Below, piece by piece: positions 14,021 to 27,981 of a stretch of 64,000 nt of DNA. The notes beneath the pieces were generated by a model, which ran no database searches, had not been told where the DNA came from, and saw nothing but the letters and a program-made list of their open reading frames with translations. Made by a program: the position numbers and the translations under genes. Each line of letters begins with the position of its first letter. Position 1 is the stretch's first letter. Source of the stretch: Antedon mediterranea (Eukaryota; Animalia; Echinodermata); the NCBI RefSeq assembly GCF_964355755.1, contig NC_092674.1, positions 19,530,001 to 19,594,000 on the forward strand, read 5' to 3'.

Positions 14021-14539
14021 GTAGCTGATATTATTTATTTTATTTACCGAGTCATTTAAGTGCTCACAATTTCTTTTTCCAATGACACCATGGATGAAAA
14101 AAAGGTAAAAAAGATAATATATTAATTTTCAGTGTCTTAAGAAGCGGCTCTATCCTGCGCCTTTCGTTAAAAAGCAGTCAATTGATTAACTCATGAAATA
14201 TTCTCACCATCCAACTGTGTCTGACCATGCCCTGTACTATGCAAGGCAAAGTGTGAAGCGGATTAAGTAAGTATTCCTTATTATTCAAACTCATAAATGA
14301 AGAATTTTTGTTTATAAAATAGCTCGCGTTTTAAAATCCTACATACATTGAAATACATGTAAAGAAAAACAGAAGAATTGAATTTTATAAAATGTTTTTG
14401 TTTATGAATATTTCCCTGAGAATCACATGGGTCATTATACAAATAATTAATTCATTGAACTATTTGATAGCAAACATGAATCACATTTCTATAATACAAG
14501 ACATTATCCAAATCGTTACTATATTATTTCAAGAAGAAT

Positions 14540-15270
14540 TTCACTCTTCCCCGATTATATAAATGATATTATATCAGGGAAGAGTGAAATTACTTCACTC
14601 TTCCCCGATTATATAAATGATATTATATCAGGGAAGAGTGAAATTACTTCACTCTTCCCTGATTATATAAATGATATTATATCAGGGAAGAGTGAAATTA
14701 CTTCACTCTTCCCTGATTATATAAATGATATTATATCAGGGAAGAGTGAAATTACTTCACTCTTCCCTGATTATATAAATAATATTATATCAGGGAAGAG
14801 TGAAATTACTTCACTCTTCCCCGATTATATAAATAATATTATATCAGGGAAGAGTGAAATTACTTCACTCTTCCCTGATTATATAAATAATATTATATCA
14901 GGGAAGAGTGAAATTACTTCACTCTTCCCTGATTATATAAATGATATTATATCAGGGAAGAGTGAAATTACTTCACTCTTCCCTGATTATATAAATGATA
15001 TTATATCAGGGAAGAGTGAAATTACTTCACTCTTCCCTGATTATATAAATAATATTATATCAGGGAAGAGTGAAATTACTTCACTCTTCCCTGATTATAT
15101 AAATAATATTATATCAGGGAAGAGTGAAATTACTTCACTCTTCCCTGATTATATAAATAATATTATATCAGGTAGGAGTGAAATTACTTCACTCTTCCCT
15201 GATTATATAAATGATATTATATCAGGGAAGAGTGAAATTACTTCACTCTTCCCTGATTATATAAATAATA
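14540..15270. repeat. 54-bp palindromic tandem satellite, ~13.5 copies
   Basis: Unit TTCACTCTTCCCTGATTATATAAATRATATTATATCAGGGAAGAGTGAAATTAC; 16-bp inverted arms in every unit; copies almost identical. Confidence 0.95.
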
Positions 15271-15527
15271 AATTAATTATTATATTATTGCCGTCTAATA
15301 ATATATATAAAGTAAAACCACTCCTTTGAAACACGCCTGTAAGAGACACTTTGCTACAAAACAAGGGGCATCCTTTGAAACTCGCCTTTAAGAGACACTT
15401 TCCTACGAAACAAGGGGAATTCACAGACAATTTGTTGGGTCCTGAAGGTTTCCCCTAATGGGGGTTTTACTTTATATCTATATGTATTTTTTTATTAAAA
15501 TGTTGAGGTCTCAATTGGATGGAAATG

Positions 15528-18500
15528 TTAATCCGAACTGCTTCCACTTTCTGATAAATTTGGTCCTTCCACTTGACCCTTTGTCTGTTTTGATTTGTCA
15601 TCAGTGTTTGCTTCATCACTGCCACTTTCCTCTTTGTACAATACATTCTTTTTACCCTTTTTTCTTCTTTTAATAGGTTTACATTTAATATCTTGCTTGT
15701 TTCCAGATTCTGTTGTAGTCTTCTTAGTATCATCTGCAGAATCGACTTTTATACATTTTCTTTTTTGTTTTAGAGCCTTTTTCTTCTTTTTACCTTGTTG
15801 ATTATCCGACTTTTCTTCGCTATCACTGTAAGATGTGGTCGGTTGAAATTTTTTCAAGACTCGTTTCAGCCGTTTACTTTGAATGTCTGAATTTTGATGT
15901 GCGACTATTCCAAAGTATGATGTAATTTGCCGCTGAACCTACGAAAATTATAGATATATTGCTTAATTAGGCCACTATAGAAAGCAATTGAAAAATGTTG
16001 TGAGTGCTTAATATGTAGGCTACACTACTGGTCTTGAGGTGTGTCAATATTAAAACATAATGTTATTTATTAATAGTAGCCACTTATCTGACATGGTTCT
16101 TAGTATAGCAGACACTAACAATAAAAAACATTATTTTTATATTTAAAACGAACAGTGAACAAAGAAATGGTGCAAATGAAATTAAAAACTTACGTTTTGC
16201 TCATTCATCTTTTTTAAAACTGGTAGAACATTTTCATCAGTTTTCTTTATGTTCCAGTTTAAACGTTCAAGTGCAAATGTGAAATCAGAAAATTAAAGAA
16301 AACCAACTATAAAACAGCATTGTGCTATTTTAAAGATGTTGTAAACAATCCTAATTAGCATCATGCATACTAATGGTTTGAAATCTTTGTTTACTTTCGC
16401 TCTTGACGATTTTCCAGACGAAATGTAATAAAATTAATTTACCTGTTAATTACGTAAACTTGTTGTTTTTGGCTCGAATTTTTGACAAAGTGAATAACTT
16501 TAATATTACTTTGATATGGCCAATTTAAATTTAGAATATTTTTTTTTTCATTTTTTTGTGTTTCAAGGGACAATGCATCTTTAAAGAAATGTTCTGATTT
16601 CAGAATAAGTAAAGCTTTGACACAATACAAAATGGACGGATTTTGTAAATAATACACCTCACGACGAAAACCTACTTATTGTAGAAACTGCAACATTTAT
16701 CTTTGTATAAAAACAGTCAAAATATTCTTGAACACAATTAATTAATTGTTTGTCACGTCACTAACATTTATAAATTTGCAATTTGTATTATATATTTTTG
16801 CTGCAAAAAAATGAGAAAAGGATATCCTCGAATTGAATCTAGATCTGGCATTCCCCAAGAGAATTCCTCTGTCGACTCATCAACCAGTGGATTCATGAAT
16901 GCCTTCAAGACTTCTTCTTGTGGAAATGTGGATGGAAGATCTAGCTTGCGCAGCTGTGATTTGATCTTGGTTTCTACAGGAGGATTTAGATTACCAGAAT
17001 TGGCATCCCACCAAGCTCTAGAAATATTAATATTAATGTATATGAAGTCAGTGAAACCATAATTTGTGCATTATGTATAAAGTAAAAAAATTACTATTTT
17101 TTTTCAAGATTGTAATTGTAGTTTTTGCGTCAGGGAGTTGAGTAATTTGATATTTTGCCCTATTCTGACGTAATTTGTACTTTATACTAAGTGCATTTGA
17201 GAATACTTGCGAAAAAATTCGCAAGTAGTTCTTGCGTGGGACTCCAACCCACGACCTCTAGATCACTAAGCCTGGCAAGCTCGGTGGTCTAGAGCTATGA
17301 ACGGCAGGCTAGTGATCTGGAGGTCGTGGGTTCGAGACCCACCCGAGAACTACTTGCGATTTTTTTAGCAAGTATTCTCAAATGTACTTAGTATAAAGTA
17401 CAAATTACGTCAGAGTAGGGCAAAACATATAATTATTTTTTTTCAGTTTCAATAAAAACAATAACCTAATAATTAAATGTGATTGTACAGTATCAACACA
17501 TAATGTTACATTAACAATAAGCTTTGTAATACAAAGTTATTATTAAAAAATACAGGCCTGTATATTGTACGTTGGCAGCTGATGAGAATATAATAATGTG
17601 TTTTCCATGGCCTATTAAGGTATTGACCGCGACCACTTCCTGCTATGATGTCCCTACAGCTGTAAATGAGCAACTTACCTGAAGTCTCTTAAGCCATCAA
17701 TACCTTTACCAGGGAACTCACTAAGTATTTCCATAGCTGTGATACAACCAACACCATCTAAACCATCAGTATAGTCACAGCCAAGTAGAAGACCCATATT
17801 AATCATTTTTATTCGATCAAGAACTTGATGAATATGAAAAATAATAGTACAGTAGATTATAAAGTATTTTTTGCTTAAATTTAATTTATATTAGCTACAA
17901 AGAGTTATATATTTCAGTTTTACTATGTCTTAATTTAATTTATATTAGCTACAAAGAGTTATATCGTTCAGTTTTACTATGTCTTAATTTAATTTATATT
18001 AGCTACAAAGAGTTATATATTTCAGTTTTACTTTTAATGTCTTAATTTAATTTATATTAGCTACAAAGAGTTATATATTTCAGTTTTACTTTTAATGTCT
18101 TAATTTAATTTCAATTTAGGAATAATAAAAATTTTAAAATCTTATATTAAATTAATAAAATTGTATTGAGTTACAATTTACCTATCTCTTTTATCTGTGA
18201 TGTCCTTGTGGATAAAAATGATAAAGAGATAGCAGGACCATTACTTAATTCAACCAATGACTTCTATCGTCACGTCATGGGTTTTGCTTAAATTTGGTAC
18301 ACAAAAGAGCCATTAAGCTAAAACGTCAGAATTCTAAATGTTAGCTTAGTTGGCTATCGGTTCGCGAGATATGGACTACTGCAAATCCTGAGTTTTCAGG
18401 CAATAAAATAAATTATTTTATAAACTCAAATATTTCAAACATCCATATTTTCCATATTTATGGTTTAATTTTAGCAAATAAGGTATCATATGAATAGGAA

Positions 18501-21500
18501 ATTAGATATTTTGATAGATAGAACATATGCTAATTTTTTTCTAACAAACCTTTTGACTTTGAATTTAACCATGGCCACCATTTTTAGGTTATGTGTTTTT
18601 ATACCAAATTTATATAATTTTGCATGTAAGCTATAACATATCCAAAAACTGGAGATATGTTTTTCCATATGTTAGAGAATGCTTTTAAAATGTCTATACG
18701 TTTAAACATTTCCATCGAATACATTTGCTTATACACATCATATACAAATTGTGATCTACATTTTTTTTATTACACATCACAGCTGAGCAGTATTTGAGGT
18801 ATAACAATTAACATTGTTACATTTCACTTATAAGCTTAGAAAATGTTTTTCCCGATATTCATTACATTACTCACATAATTGATTTTCAAAGTTACAGCTT
18901 TCATACAACTCAACTTCTTTATCCTTGGTAAAAAAGTTTTTATAAACTTTACGACCGCCAAAGAGCCAGACGTCACTATCATCTGTAATGGATCCATGTG
19001 TTTGGTCACAAAGGTCAAGAAAAGCACATTGCGCTTCTGCCTCTTGAGGGCTTGTAATATATGGAATACCAAAAAGCTCAAGTAATTCCTGAAATATAAT
19101 TAATTAATCATAAAATTAGTTATTTGGTATAATGGGGTTGTATTAAATTCAAAATAACAAAATAAATTTCAAGTTCTTTAAAAATAATCAATTGTATTTT
19201 AAAAGTGAGCGAGTTAAACAAGGCTGCTTTGTGACATGTATGTTTACACATTACATTACAAAAAGTCTTCCTGGACTAGGTCTGTTAATCATAGGTTTTG
19301 TACACTAATTGCCTGTCTACATATAAAAAACATAGAACATATTTGGAGCTAAGTAAAAGTTACCATGGTGATACTAGTTCACACTGCATACAGTATACAT
19401 ACTGTAGCTGTACATTATATGAAATGACCCTTATAGGAGACTTTTATTTAATTATTAAAAGTGCACATGAGCACCTTGAGCATGACATGAATATATATTA
19501 CTGTATGTATCACTTTTGTCAATACCATAACAATGGATGAAGACAACTAAAGACCTAAACAAGATGTATAATTTTGTTGTTTTTTTTGTGTTAAGATTTC
19601 AATACAATCAGCCTTCCCTGAAATTCACAAGACATTCAGTAGTAAAATCTATTTAACTAAATCAATGCCCATGCATTAGTCATTCAGATCTCCCAAAACC
19701 AAACATTGTTGGTTGACGATGGATTTACCTTACTTTCAGCATACATTTGATCAGTAATTGATGCCCCAATTCTTTGCTGACGTTGCTGCTCACTTTTCAA
19801 TGTTGCTCTTTCTTCCTCAAGAGCATTTTTCATTTCACTAACATTCTTCTAAAATATAAGGATATCATAGCAAATCAGTGTCGCCTCCCAGATAGTGAAC
19901 ACAGTGAAATTATTTGTTTAAACCAATATTGTATCAGTTCTTACAAAATTAGATAAAATAGTTGAGAGGTGGCATGGAATTACAAACACTATATATCCTA
20001 AGTTTTTTTAAGCTTTGTATGTTGTGGTTAACTAAACATGTTACTTCTGTAGGTTAAGTAGGCTAATATTGTTGAACTAATCACAAACAATATAATCAAA
20101 ATAATACTAGACTGTTGTAAGTGGATTGTAACTCACAGTATTCATATCTGTCCACTCTTTTATAGACTTTTCTTTATCTTTAGATATAGATTCCATAAAT
20201 TGTTCTTCTTTACGTTGTAGTGTAATTGATTGTTTTCTTGGTGAAAAAAAAAACACATAATTCAATTAAGATTAATTTTACCATTACAGTTTTTTTTCAG
20301 TATTGGCAATAAAAAACTTTATCAACATTTGAAGAACAATATCACAAACAAGTCAAATTTGAGATCTGTGACAATGATTAATCTAGAACAATAATATTTC
20401 ACTGTCGTCTCCTACACCAAAAAAATTCATGGATCGGGTAATTTGATCAAATTGTCAGAATTTCCATATTAGGATGCATATTTTTGTCAGATTGTGCGTT
20501 CTTCTTGAAATAACTCAACAAAGCCTAAACATTTTAAAATATTTTTTTAAACTTGTTAATATTGGCAGCACATGGAGTATAAAATGACACAAGTTTTGCT
20601 TTCATTTTCACCTATTTTTTGTGTTGATTTTGTGCTGTATCTCATCTTTATCCTGCACTTCATAATTATGCATATCATCCGTAACTGGTACACCAGGATT
20701 AGTTTCCATAAAGATTTCAGCAGGAAAAAGTTCATCATTACCTCTTATTTGGGTTGGATCAAATGAGACTTCAATAAAGTCATCTAAAAGGTACATACAG
20801 AAGAAAAAATTACAAAATACTTACAGTAATTGAAAATAAAATGAATGCCTACACTCGTAAGGATCAAAGAAACGGTAAAAATACTATACCTTCAGAGTCA
20901 CTTTCTTTATCCATTTCATTAGTTAATACATTTTTTCTTCCGCTTTCTAATTCTTCTTCTGTGGGTGTCTTTTGAATTTCCTGGTTCTTCACCAGCCTAT
21001 CATCATTCAAAATCTTATCACAATCTGTTTGGTTTATACTTGTACTATCTTTATAATCACTGACTTCATCAATATCTTTCTCTTGTTTTGTACTATTATT
21101 TTTCAGACAAACAATTTCCACATTTTGAGTGTTTGCAATGCTAGTTTCTAACAATTGACTCTCGTCTGCCACAGATATGGTAGCATCTGATAGCAGACTT
21201 CTATTTGCCACGGATTTGGTTTGAATATCTAACTGTAAATGTTGTTGAGTTATTACTTGAATATATTTGCCATCCTTAACATGATCCCTCTTTTTGTCTT
21301 GTGTTTCTGATAGAACCAGATCCTTATAAGCTGAAGATGTAGAACTATTCTCGTTTACAATAATGTCATGCTTGTTTAACCTTGCATCATTTGATGTCAC
21401 TTCTTCTAAAGGCTGATCGTTTCTTGCTTGCTTCTGTGCCATCTTTGCTTTCTGGTTGTCAAAGACTGCCTGCATTGCTATTTCAAGATCATTTGCTGTT

Positions 21501-24500
21501 ATTGGACGTTTTGATTCCTTCTCTTCTAAAACACCAATAGTCTTATTATTCCATAAAGACTTAGAGCTTTCAGCAAGATTTTCAACTTGCAAAATGTCTT
21601 TGCTGCCAGATGGTTTTGCTTCATCTCCAAGATTTTGTTCAGCATTCTTTTGTTTTTGGGTCTTTACTAAAATATAGTGTTGGGTGTCTTCAGACACAAC
21701 TCTTCGTGCTTCTACACTTTTTGTTTCTACATCAAGAATGGAAGCAATTTCTCCAGAACTCTTCCTACTCATCTCATCACGTATATCTTCAAGCTTTCGA
21801 TTGAGTTTGTTCTTATTTAATAGTTTGTTCAGCTGAAAATCTGAAAATTCATTCGCCTCCTGTATTTCAAATAAAAAAAAAATACACAGAGAAAAGAAAA
21901 AAGGATGTTTAATTATATTGTAGAGGCTCTGCCATTTTTAGTCGCAGGACCTGTTTGATGAATAGATGAATATAATGCATAAATGCATTGTTCACCAATT
22001 ATTTATTATAGGCAATAGGCAATAGTGAAGCAATGTGAACAGGGCGACCTCTCGAAATGGCCTATATCTATTTAAAATATTTATTAGTATAGAGCCATCA
22101 TATAAATAATAATAAATAAAATCATATAAATAATAATAAATAAAATCATATAAATCAGAGCTCATCAATAAAATAAAATTTAATTCAAATGCAAATAGGT
22201 GTAGTAGTATGTGACAGAGTAATAGCCACAGCTTCAAACTGGTGTTTTTTGACTGGCTAATGTTGTGGCCGTTTCCATGGTGGCTCGTTTTATAAACCGG
22301 TTTGTGTTGAATCTTGCAACATAATAACTTAATGGTGTAAACAGAGTTGTTTATGATTTCACTTTCTTTGGTGTTATCACAGTAGTACTGTACATTTTAG
22401 AGAATATGTTCAATGTAAACTCATTCTAAGGCATAAAAATTATAGATTGAATGGGCACATTTCTTCAACCTTGTTTAAAAGGGCTGTTGTAATCATTCAA
22501 TATTGAATAAATGGTAGTATTCTATAATGGTAGTATAAATAGCCGTATTGAATTTGAAATGTTTGTATTTACACCGAAGGAATATCTTAATCACAATCTA
22601 ATATAGATATTTACTACAGTATTTAACTGTTTTGACTAACCTTTGGTAGTGTACTTTTCTTAGCCCATGAATTATGCTTGTTTTTTTCTAGATACTCCTC
22701 GATTATTTCATGCTGTATTTCTGGAGGAAGGGCCTTAAAGTCTTCTGAATTTATGTCAAAATTGTCAATGTCTTGATCACTAAACCTTGACATCTGTTGT
22801 TGGTGTTCATCCCAGATGTCATCTTCAAAATCTCTGATAAATTTAACATTGATGACGACACATACTGTATTTATTTAAAAGGCATTTAAAAATATATAAT
22901 TGCCCTGGCATCACAAAGTATGTTAGATCTGCTATTCAGCGTCGCTACTAAATGTTCATTTTTTCAATAATGCAATACATTTGTTCCTAGCTTTAGGGTG
23001 TAGGGCATTGTCACTGTTATGATATTCATAAATCTATAGTGCACTTTTAGTAAAAGTATAAGCATTTATCATTGGAAAAAACCAATTGTTAATATAGTCC
23101 AATGTCAATGAATCAACTACCCAAGCCAACAACAAATCAATCAAAATAACTATCTGCCCAACATAAACCAACTCATGAGATGGAACTACAGTAGTAAAGT
23201 TTTGAATTGTTTGCAGTTTTGTTTAGTGTTTCTAAAAAAGGAAAAAAGTTAGGTGTTTTGGCATTTTGGTCGTAATGCTACAACCATCTTCTGCACAACT
23301 TTATTCCCTTTTGTTTGGAAACACATCCTTTACCACAAACATACTAGTGTTTATTCGCATGCAAACACATATTGAGATAAACCTACAAATAACATCCTAA
23401 TGACCTACTTGAAACTATCATCTGAAGCATCAGGTAGTGGTGGCAGGTTGTACATGTCCTGTGCACTAGCTGCTTTTCTGTCAACTCTAGGCATTTTTGT
23501 TTTTTTTATACTGTGAAATGAAAAATACAAAATAAAATAGAAACACACACAACTATTCAATTTCATAAAAAACAAAGCAAACAAGTTGTATGAAAAAGAC
23601 ACTTTTTGTATTCACATTCTCAAGCAAAAACAAAAACTATATTTTCAGGCTTTGATGGCAACAGTTTAGCTCTTCCATGTTAAGAATGCAGCCTTTCTTT
23701 AACCGTACAATATTATACAGAATAAAATCTTTGATTGTTTTAATCATAGTGAAGTTAAGTGAGGATAGTGGCCATTCCTCTTCATCAGCAGACCCAGTGC
23801 CAGTTATATTGTCCTTTTCATAAGAATATGTTTAGCCCATGCCATGTGCTTCACATCATAAACAGTATCGTTTGTCTGAATATATATTAACAATTTAGCA
23901 AAATAAAATATTCTTTATAGTGTACTCTGCAATTGCTAACCTTTTTTTTTTGCCTAGATATGTATCGACAGCATGGACCTTCATATAGTTCTTGAGAATC
24001 TGTTCTGAAGCTTGGCCTGTTTTATTTATTGCTAATTCCTTTCTCTTTCTTCTTCCTGCCTATGTATACAGAATAAGAATCATAATCAAAAATTAATTCA
24101 ATTATAATAATCATAACTTGTAATGACTTTAATAACACCAATCAAGCACATCCTCCAAGAGAAATAAATATTGAAACATGTTTAATGAAATATAAAGAAT
24201 ATTATAAGCTGGACAATTTTAGAAGCCATCTGAATCTGAAGTGAAAGCTTTTCCTGGAGCCAGAAGTTCCACTGTATTTAATTTTACTGTATTTTGGTTA
24301 AATACTTGATTATGAAGGATAATTATTATATCTTATATGATAAACTATAAATTGCAACAAGCAAAATACACTTACTAACCATTGTACGTCGCTTAAGCTC
24401 TGGAACGCTGCCATCAAATACAAAGATGGGTTTAATTCTGAAATAGAGAAGCTTGCAGATACGATGAACTAATGTGACAAGGTGAGCATTATTCACCAAA

Positions 24501-25859
24501 TTGCCTTCAGAATCCCTCATACCTCGTACAGCTTGATGTAACCAAATGCTGATATCTAATGACTAAATAAGGACTTGAATAGCAATGCAGTCAATAGATG
24601 CAATACAATGGCAGATGTTGGAAATGGAGAGGGTAGGACATTCCTTAGATGCCATCGCTTTTTAAAAAAAATATGCCTGTGCAACTTACAAAATTATTCT
24701 TTTTAATATAAATAAAGGCCAATTTACACAGACAAGTGGTATCGGTAAGAGGAAAACCACATAGCTTGTCCTACGTAGAATCTGTATCTACAGTATCTGC
24801 GTTACATGTAAATGGTCATAATGAATAACATAGATTCTATTTTTTTATTATCGTTAAAGCTTGTCTGTATTGGCCTTAAGAGTAACATCTGATCTGTCTT
24901 CATATAACAGTTTTTTACTGCCAAGTTGGTGTAATACCCTTTACAACGCCGAGCTTATAACAAACCTGTGTCGTGTCTAGATACATTTCCTTTTCACACC
25001 TGATTCTTTAGGCCGGGAATGACATGGGTTGCATGTATTTACAGTCCAAACTACCAACCCGTGTGTAAATGCTTTAGATTATTTGAAATATCGTCCTCTC
25101 ATGCATAAAGGAACACCCTAGTAATGGTCTGCTCATTATACCTCCTACAATATTGTTTTATGGCGATACGAAAACAAATTAGTCTACTCGTGAAGAATAA
25201 TATCGAATAAGCAAAAGCAGTCTTACTGTATCTTAATTGTATGTAAATTAAATACTATAGTGAGCGAGGATAGCAACCAACCAGAAAAACATACGCGGGA
25301 CTGTTAACGTCGCGAACATGCAAGTGCACAGGTTCGCTACTTAGCGAGCTACTGAGGTAGTACATTGTTTCTCTCTTTTTATCATAATTTACCATAAAAC
25401 GTACATTTTTAAGAGAAGGAATGACCTGGTTTAATGATTTTAAAGTAATATAAATTATGCATTATTTTAACAAAACATCAAAAATTGTACGAATAATGGG
25501 TCTAAAAAAATGCAATAACTGTGTCATGCTCAAGTGAATCTGTGAGGTTGTGTAAATTGTTAATTGTGTGTCACATCATTCGAAACTGCTGACTCTTGTA
25601 GTTACAGTAATCATATACTTTAGCAGTCCCTGACCAATTTCATCTTTGTACATTGTATATATGTTTTGTTGGTCGAATAAATAAATGAAATGAAATGAAA
25701 CTGTACTTTATCTATTTCATTTCTAAACTGTCTTTCACTTAACAACTTTTAATACAATTTTAAAAGGATACCGACAGCCAACACCTTTCCTTCCAATGAT
25801 TCAAGCGTTACAGGTTTCCCTGTAGGTTTTAAAAGTTGCCACAGTCCGTGAACACCCAT
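15528..25859 (-). CDS. ERCC5: DNA excision repair endonuclease XPG (~1028 aa, 14 coding exons)
   Basis: Exons 25859-25772, 24555-24380, 24059-23941, 23510-23409, 22833-22641, 21859-20890, 20783-20612, 20236-20137, 19848-19729, 19088-18875, 17823-17679, 17017-16826, 16278-16194, 15938-15528 join in frame (3087 nt). N-domain [28 protein letters not shown]; [19 protein letters not shown]; I-domain [22 protein letters not shown]; H3[11 protein letters not shown]; PIP box QRQITSYF; basic C-terminal tail. Confidence 0.95.
16279..16825 (-). other. U12-type AT-AC intron of ERCC5
   Basis: 5' end ATATCCTTTT, branch-like TTCTTTAAT, 3' end TTTCAC. This joint restores DSIRG|FALERLNW, homologous to XPG. 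Confidence 0.9.
17153..17425. mobile_element. Fold-back (hairpin) element with tRNA-derived core, in an ERCC5 intron
   Basis: ~120-bp inverted arms (TTTTGCCCTATTCTGACGTAATTTGTAC... / ...GTACAAATTACGTCAGAGTAGGGCAAAA). Centre has A-box-like GGTGGTCTAGA and B-box GGTTCGAGACC. Confidence 0.7.
17875..18110. repeat. Minisatellite, ~55-60 bp unit, 4 copies
   Basis: Repeated TTAATTTAATTTATATTAGCTACAAAGAGTTATATATTTCAGTTTTAC. Confidence 0.85.
24556..25771 (-). other. U12-type GT-AG intron 1 of ERCC5
   Basis: 5' end GTATCCTTTT; branch-like GTCCTTAT shortly upstream of the AG with no polypyrimidine tract. Confidence 0.88.
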
Positions 25860-26419
25860 CTGGACAGTCTGTTGGATGATATACAGTTAGTACTAGTTAG
25901 TCCTGTTAAAAATATGATAAAAAAAATCGACCAAGATCTGTTTTAATTACTCTTTATTTTAGTCATGTCTAGTGTTTTGCATTTCATTTGCCGCATATCC
26001 ATTTAGCTTTCTATCAAAATTGTATGGAACTAAGTTGACTAAATATTTATTATCAATATGCATATATTGATTATTTTTTGTTACAAAATACAAGTTATGG
26101 TTTGTCTATAGGCTTAGATAATTATTATTAGTACTAATATTACAGACAGGCAGCAAACTGAATGGCATAGAACTAGGCTTTGCTGAAGCGTCACACTTTT
26201 ATTGTAACCAGCAAACATGTTTGTACATTTACAGTAGTCTACATTTTTAAATAAAAATATGCTTCACCTAGAGAGTATCATCCAGTAGAAAAAAATCCAT
26301 ACCTGTCGGCCGAAATAAACAACATATTATTTTGTCCTTTGTGGCGTTTCATGCAGTTGGGCGATCCATAACCGGCGGCCGAAATGCACTGTAACTTTGT
26401 GTAACCCCGCGTAGATTGA

Positions 26420-26675
26420 AGTAGTAGGCCTAACTAGGCTAGTCCCTACTAGGCTAGCCGGGTAGGTTAATTAATACTAGGCCCTAGACTAGGCTAGTAG
26501 GGGCCTAGGCTAGTACTGTGTAGCCTAGAGCCTATCCTCTAGGCTAGGCCTAGGGGCTAGCCTAGGTAGGCCAAGCCCAAGAGGTCAGGCTAGGCTAGGG
26601 GAGGCCCTGGGCCTAGCCTAGGCCTAGGCCTAGTAGTAGCCTACTACGGGTAGTTAGTACTAGTTAGTAGTAGGC
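26420..26675. repeat. Low-complexity CTAG/GGCCTA-rich tract upstream of ERCC5
   Basis: Dense TAGGCCTA/CTAGGCTAG/TAGTAG words; similar tracts near 63000 and 63640-63830. Confidence 0.7.
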
Positions 26676-27963
26676 ATAAAATAAAATACAGATAGATAGA
26701 CTTGCCACTTTTTATAAAAGTTCTTGTGTCATCATCAGTACCTATAGTATTAACTATTATCAAAGAATATAATTATATCACAAGAATTAGTAATCCGCGA
26801 TTTTCCCTGTAACAGTAATATTGTCCATGTGGTAGGGCGCCGCCATAAGTGAGGATGTATCTGGGATGTATACAACTTTTTGTGACGGTTTTTCACTAAT
26901 CAAAGGCTGGACCACCGGTAGTATTTTCATGATAACAAATGTTATCAACTACATGCCAACATCATGTTAAATGCTATTTGGATATTTAATTGTTCGTTTT
27001 ATGCAATTTATTTAGTAAAAACTGCACGAAATGATCAGACACCGTATAAACAGTTCGCTTTATCAACCGGGCGCTACGATAGCGTGACCGGGCGTGTTGG
27101 TGTTTACGCGTTTTCACGAAGGATAGTTTAATAATATTCCTATATTTAACTTGTTTCTGGTAAAACAAATAAACGTTAATGACATTTAACATTTTATCCT
27201 ATTAATAACATGTATTTTATACTAATTTATATCATAAAAACAATACTTAATTTATCGAGCGTAGAGTAGTACGCGGCCGCATGGTAAAGAATAGGCCGTG
27301 CTGAGTAACGATTCGTTGATTTTGGTGTTGCTGTGATGTTAGGCCTTTTTTGTGAACTAATTTAGCATGTTAGTAAATAATTGTCTGTAAAAGTGAATGT
27401 ACACTAGTTTGTTAATAAATATGTATTATAAAATAGTTTACAATTGCGAAATATATTATCATAATTCTATTTAATGTGACATGTATAAATATCTATTAAA
27501 TCAAGTCTTATTTAGTATGTATACAACCGCCGCGAGCATCACTCTCTGGAGCTCTCTGTTACAAATTTCTCATGCAAAAATCGCGGAATACTCATTCTTG
27601 TGATATATTCTTTGCTATTATCAACTCCCTGGATCCATCTCCCTGCTGGATCAGTATACGAAACGTAAACGCCCCCCCCCCCCCCCCATAGTTTAAGTGT
27701 GAGAGCTGAGATGAGTATGGAATGCCCTTGCTGCCTTCTGTGTGTATGTTGCCGCTTAGTCTTGTGTGCGAGTGACGCCTACGAAAAGAGAGGAAAGAAA
27801 AGTGTACTTGATATTTTGAATACTGTAATTCGTTTACTGTAGTTAGTTTAGTGAAATTCACTCACTGTCACTCGCCACTGAACAGTGAGTGTCTGTTATA
27901 TGAAATCATAATTCAGTGACTTGCATATTATTCAAAAAAGTCATTAGTAGGGCGCGGCCTAAC

Positions 27964-27981
27964 CATGGAGGTACCTCCATG
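27964..27981. mobile_element. 18-bp perfect palindrome with 7-bp TSD (putative transposon footprint)
   Basis: GCCTAAC|CATGGAGGTACCTCCATG|GCCTAAC. Confidence 0.7.

Noticed and set aside
14540-15270. CRISPR-like array of palindromic repeats
   Set aside because: Intervening sequences are identical rather than unique spacers, there are no cas genes, and the context is eukaryotic.
17275-17350. Functional tRNA gene
   Set aside because: A/B boxes are present but I could not form an acceptor stem or full cloverleaf; it is embedded in a fold-back repeat.
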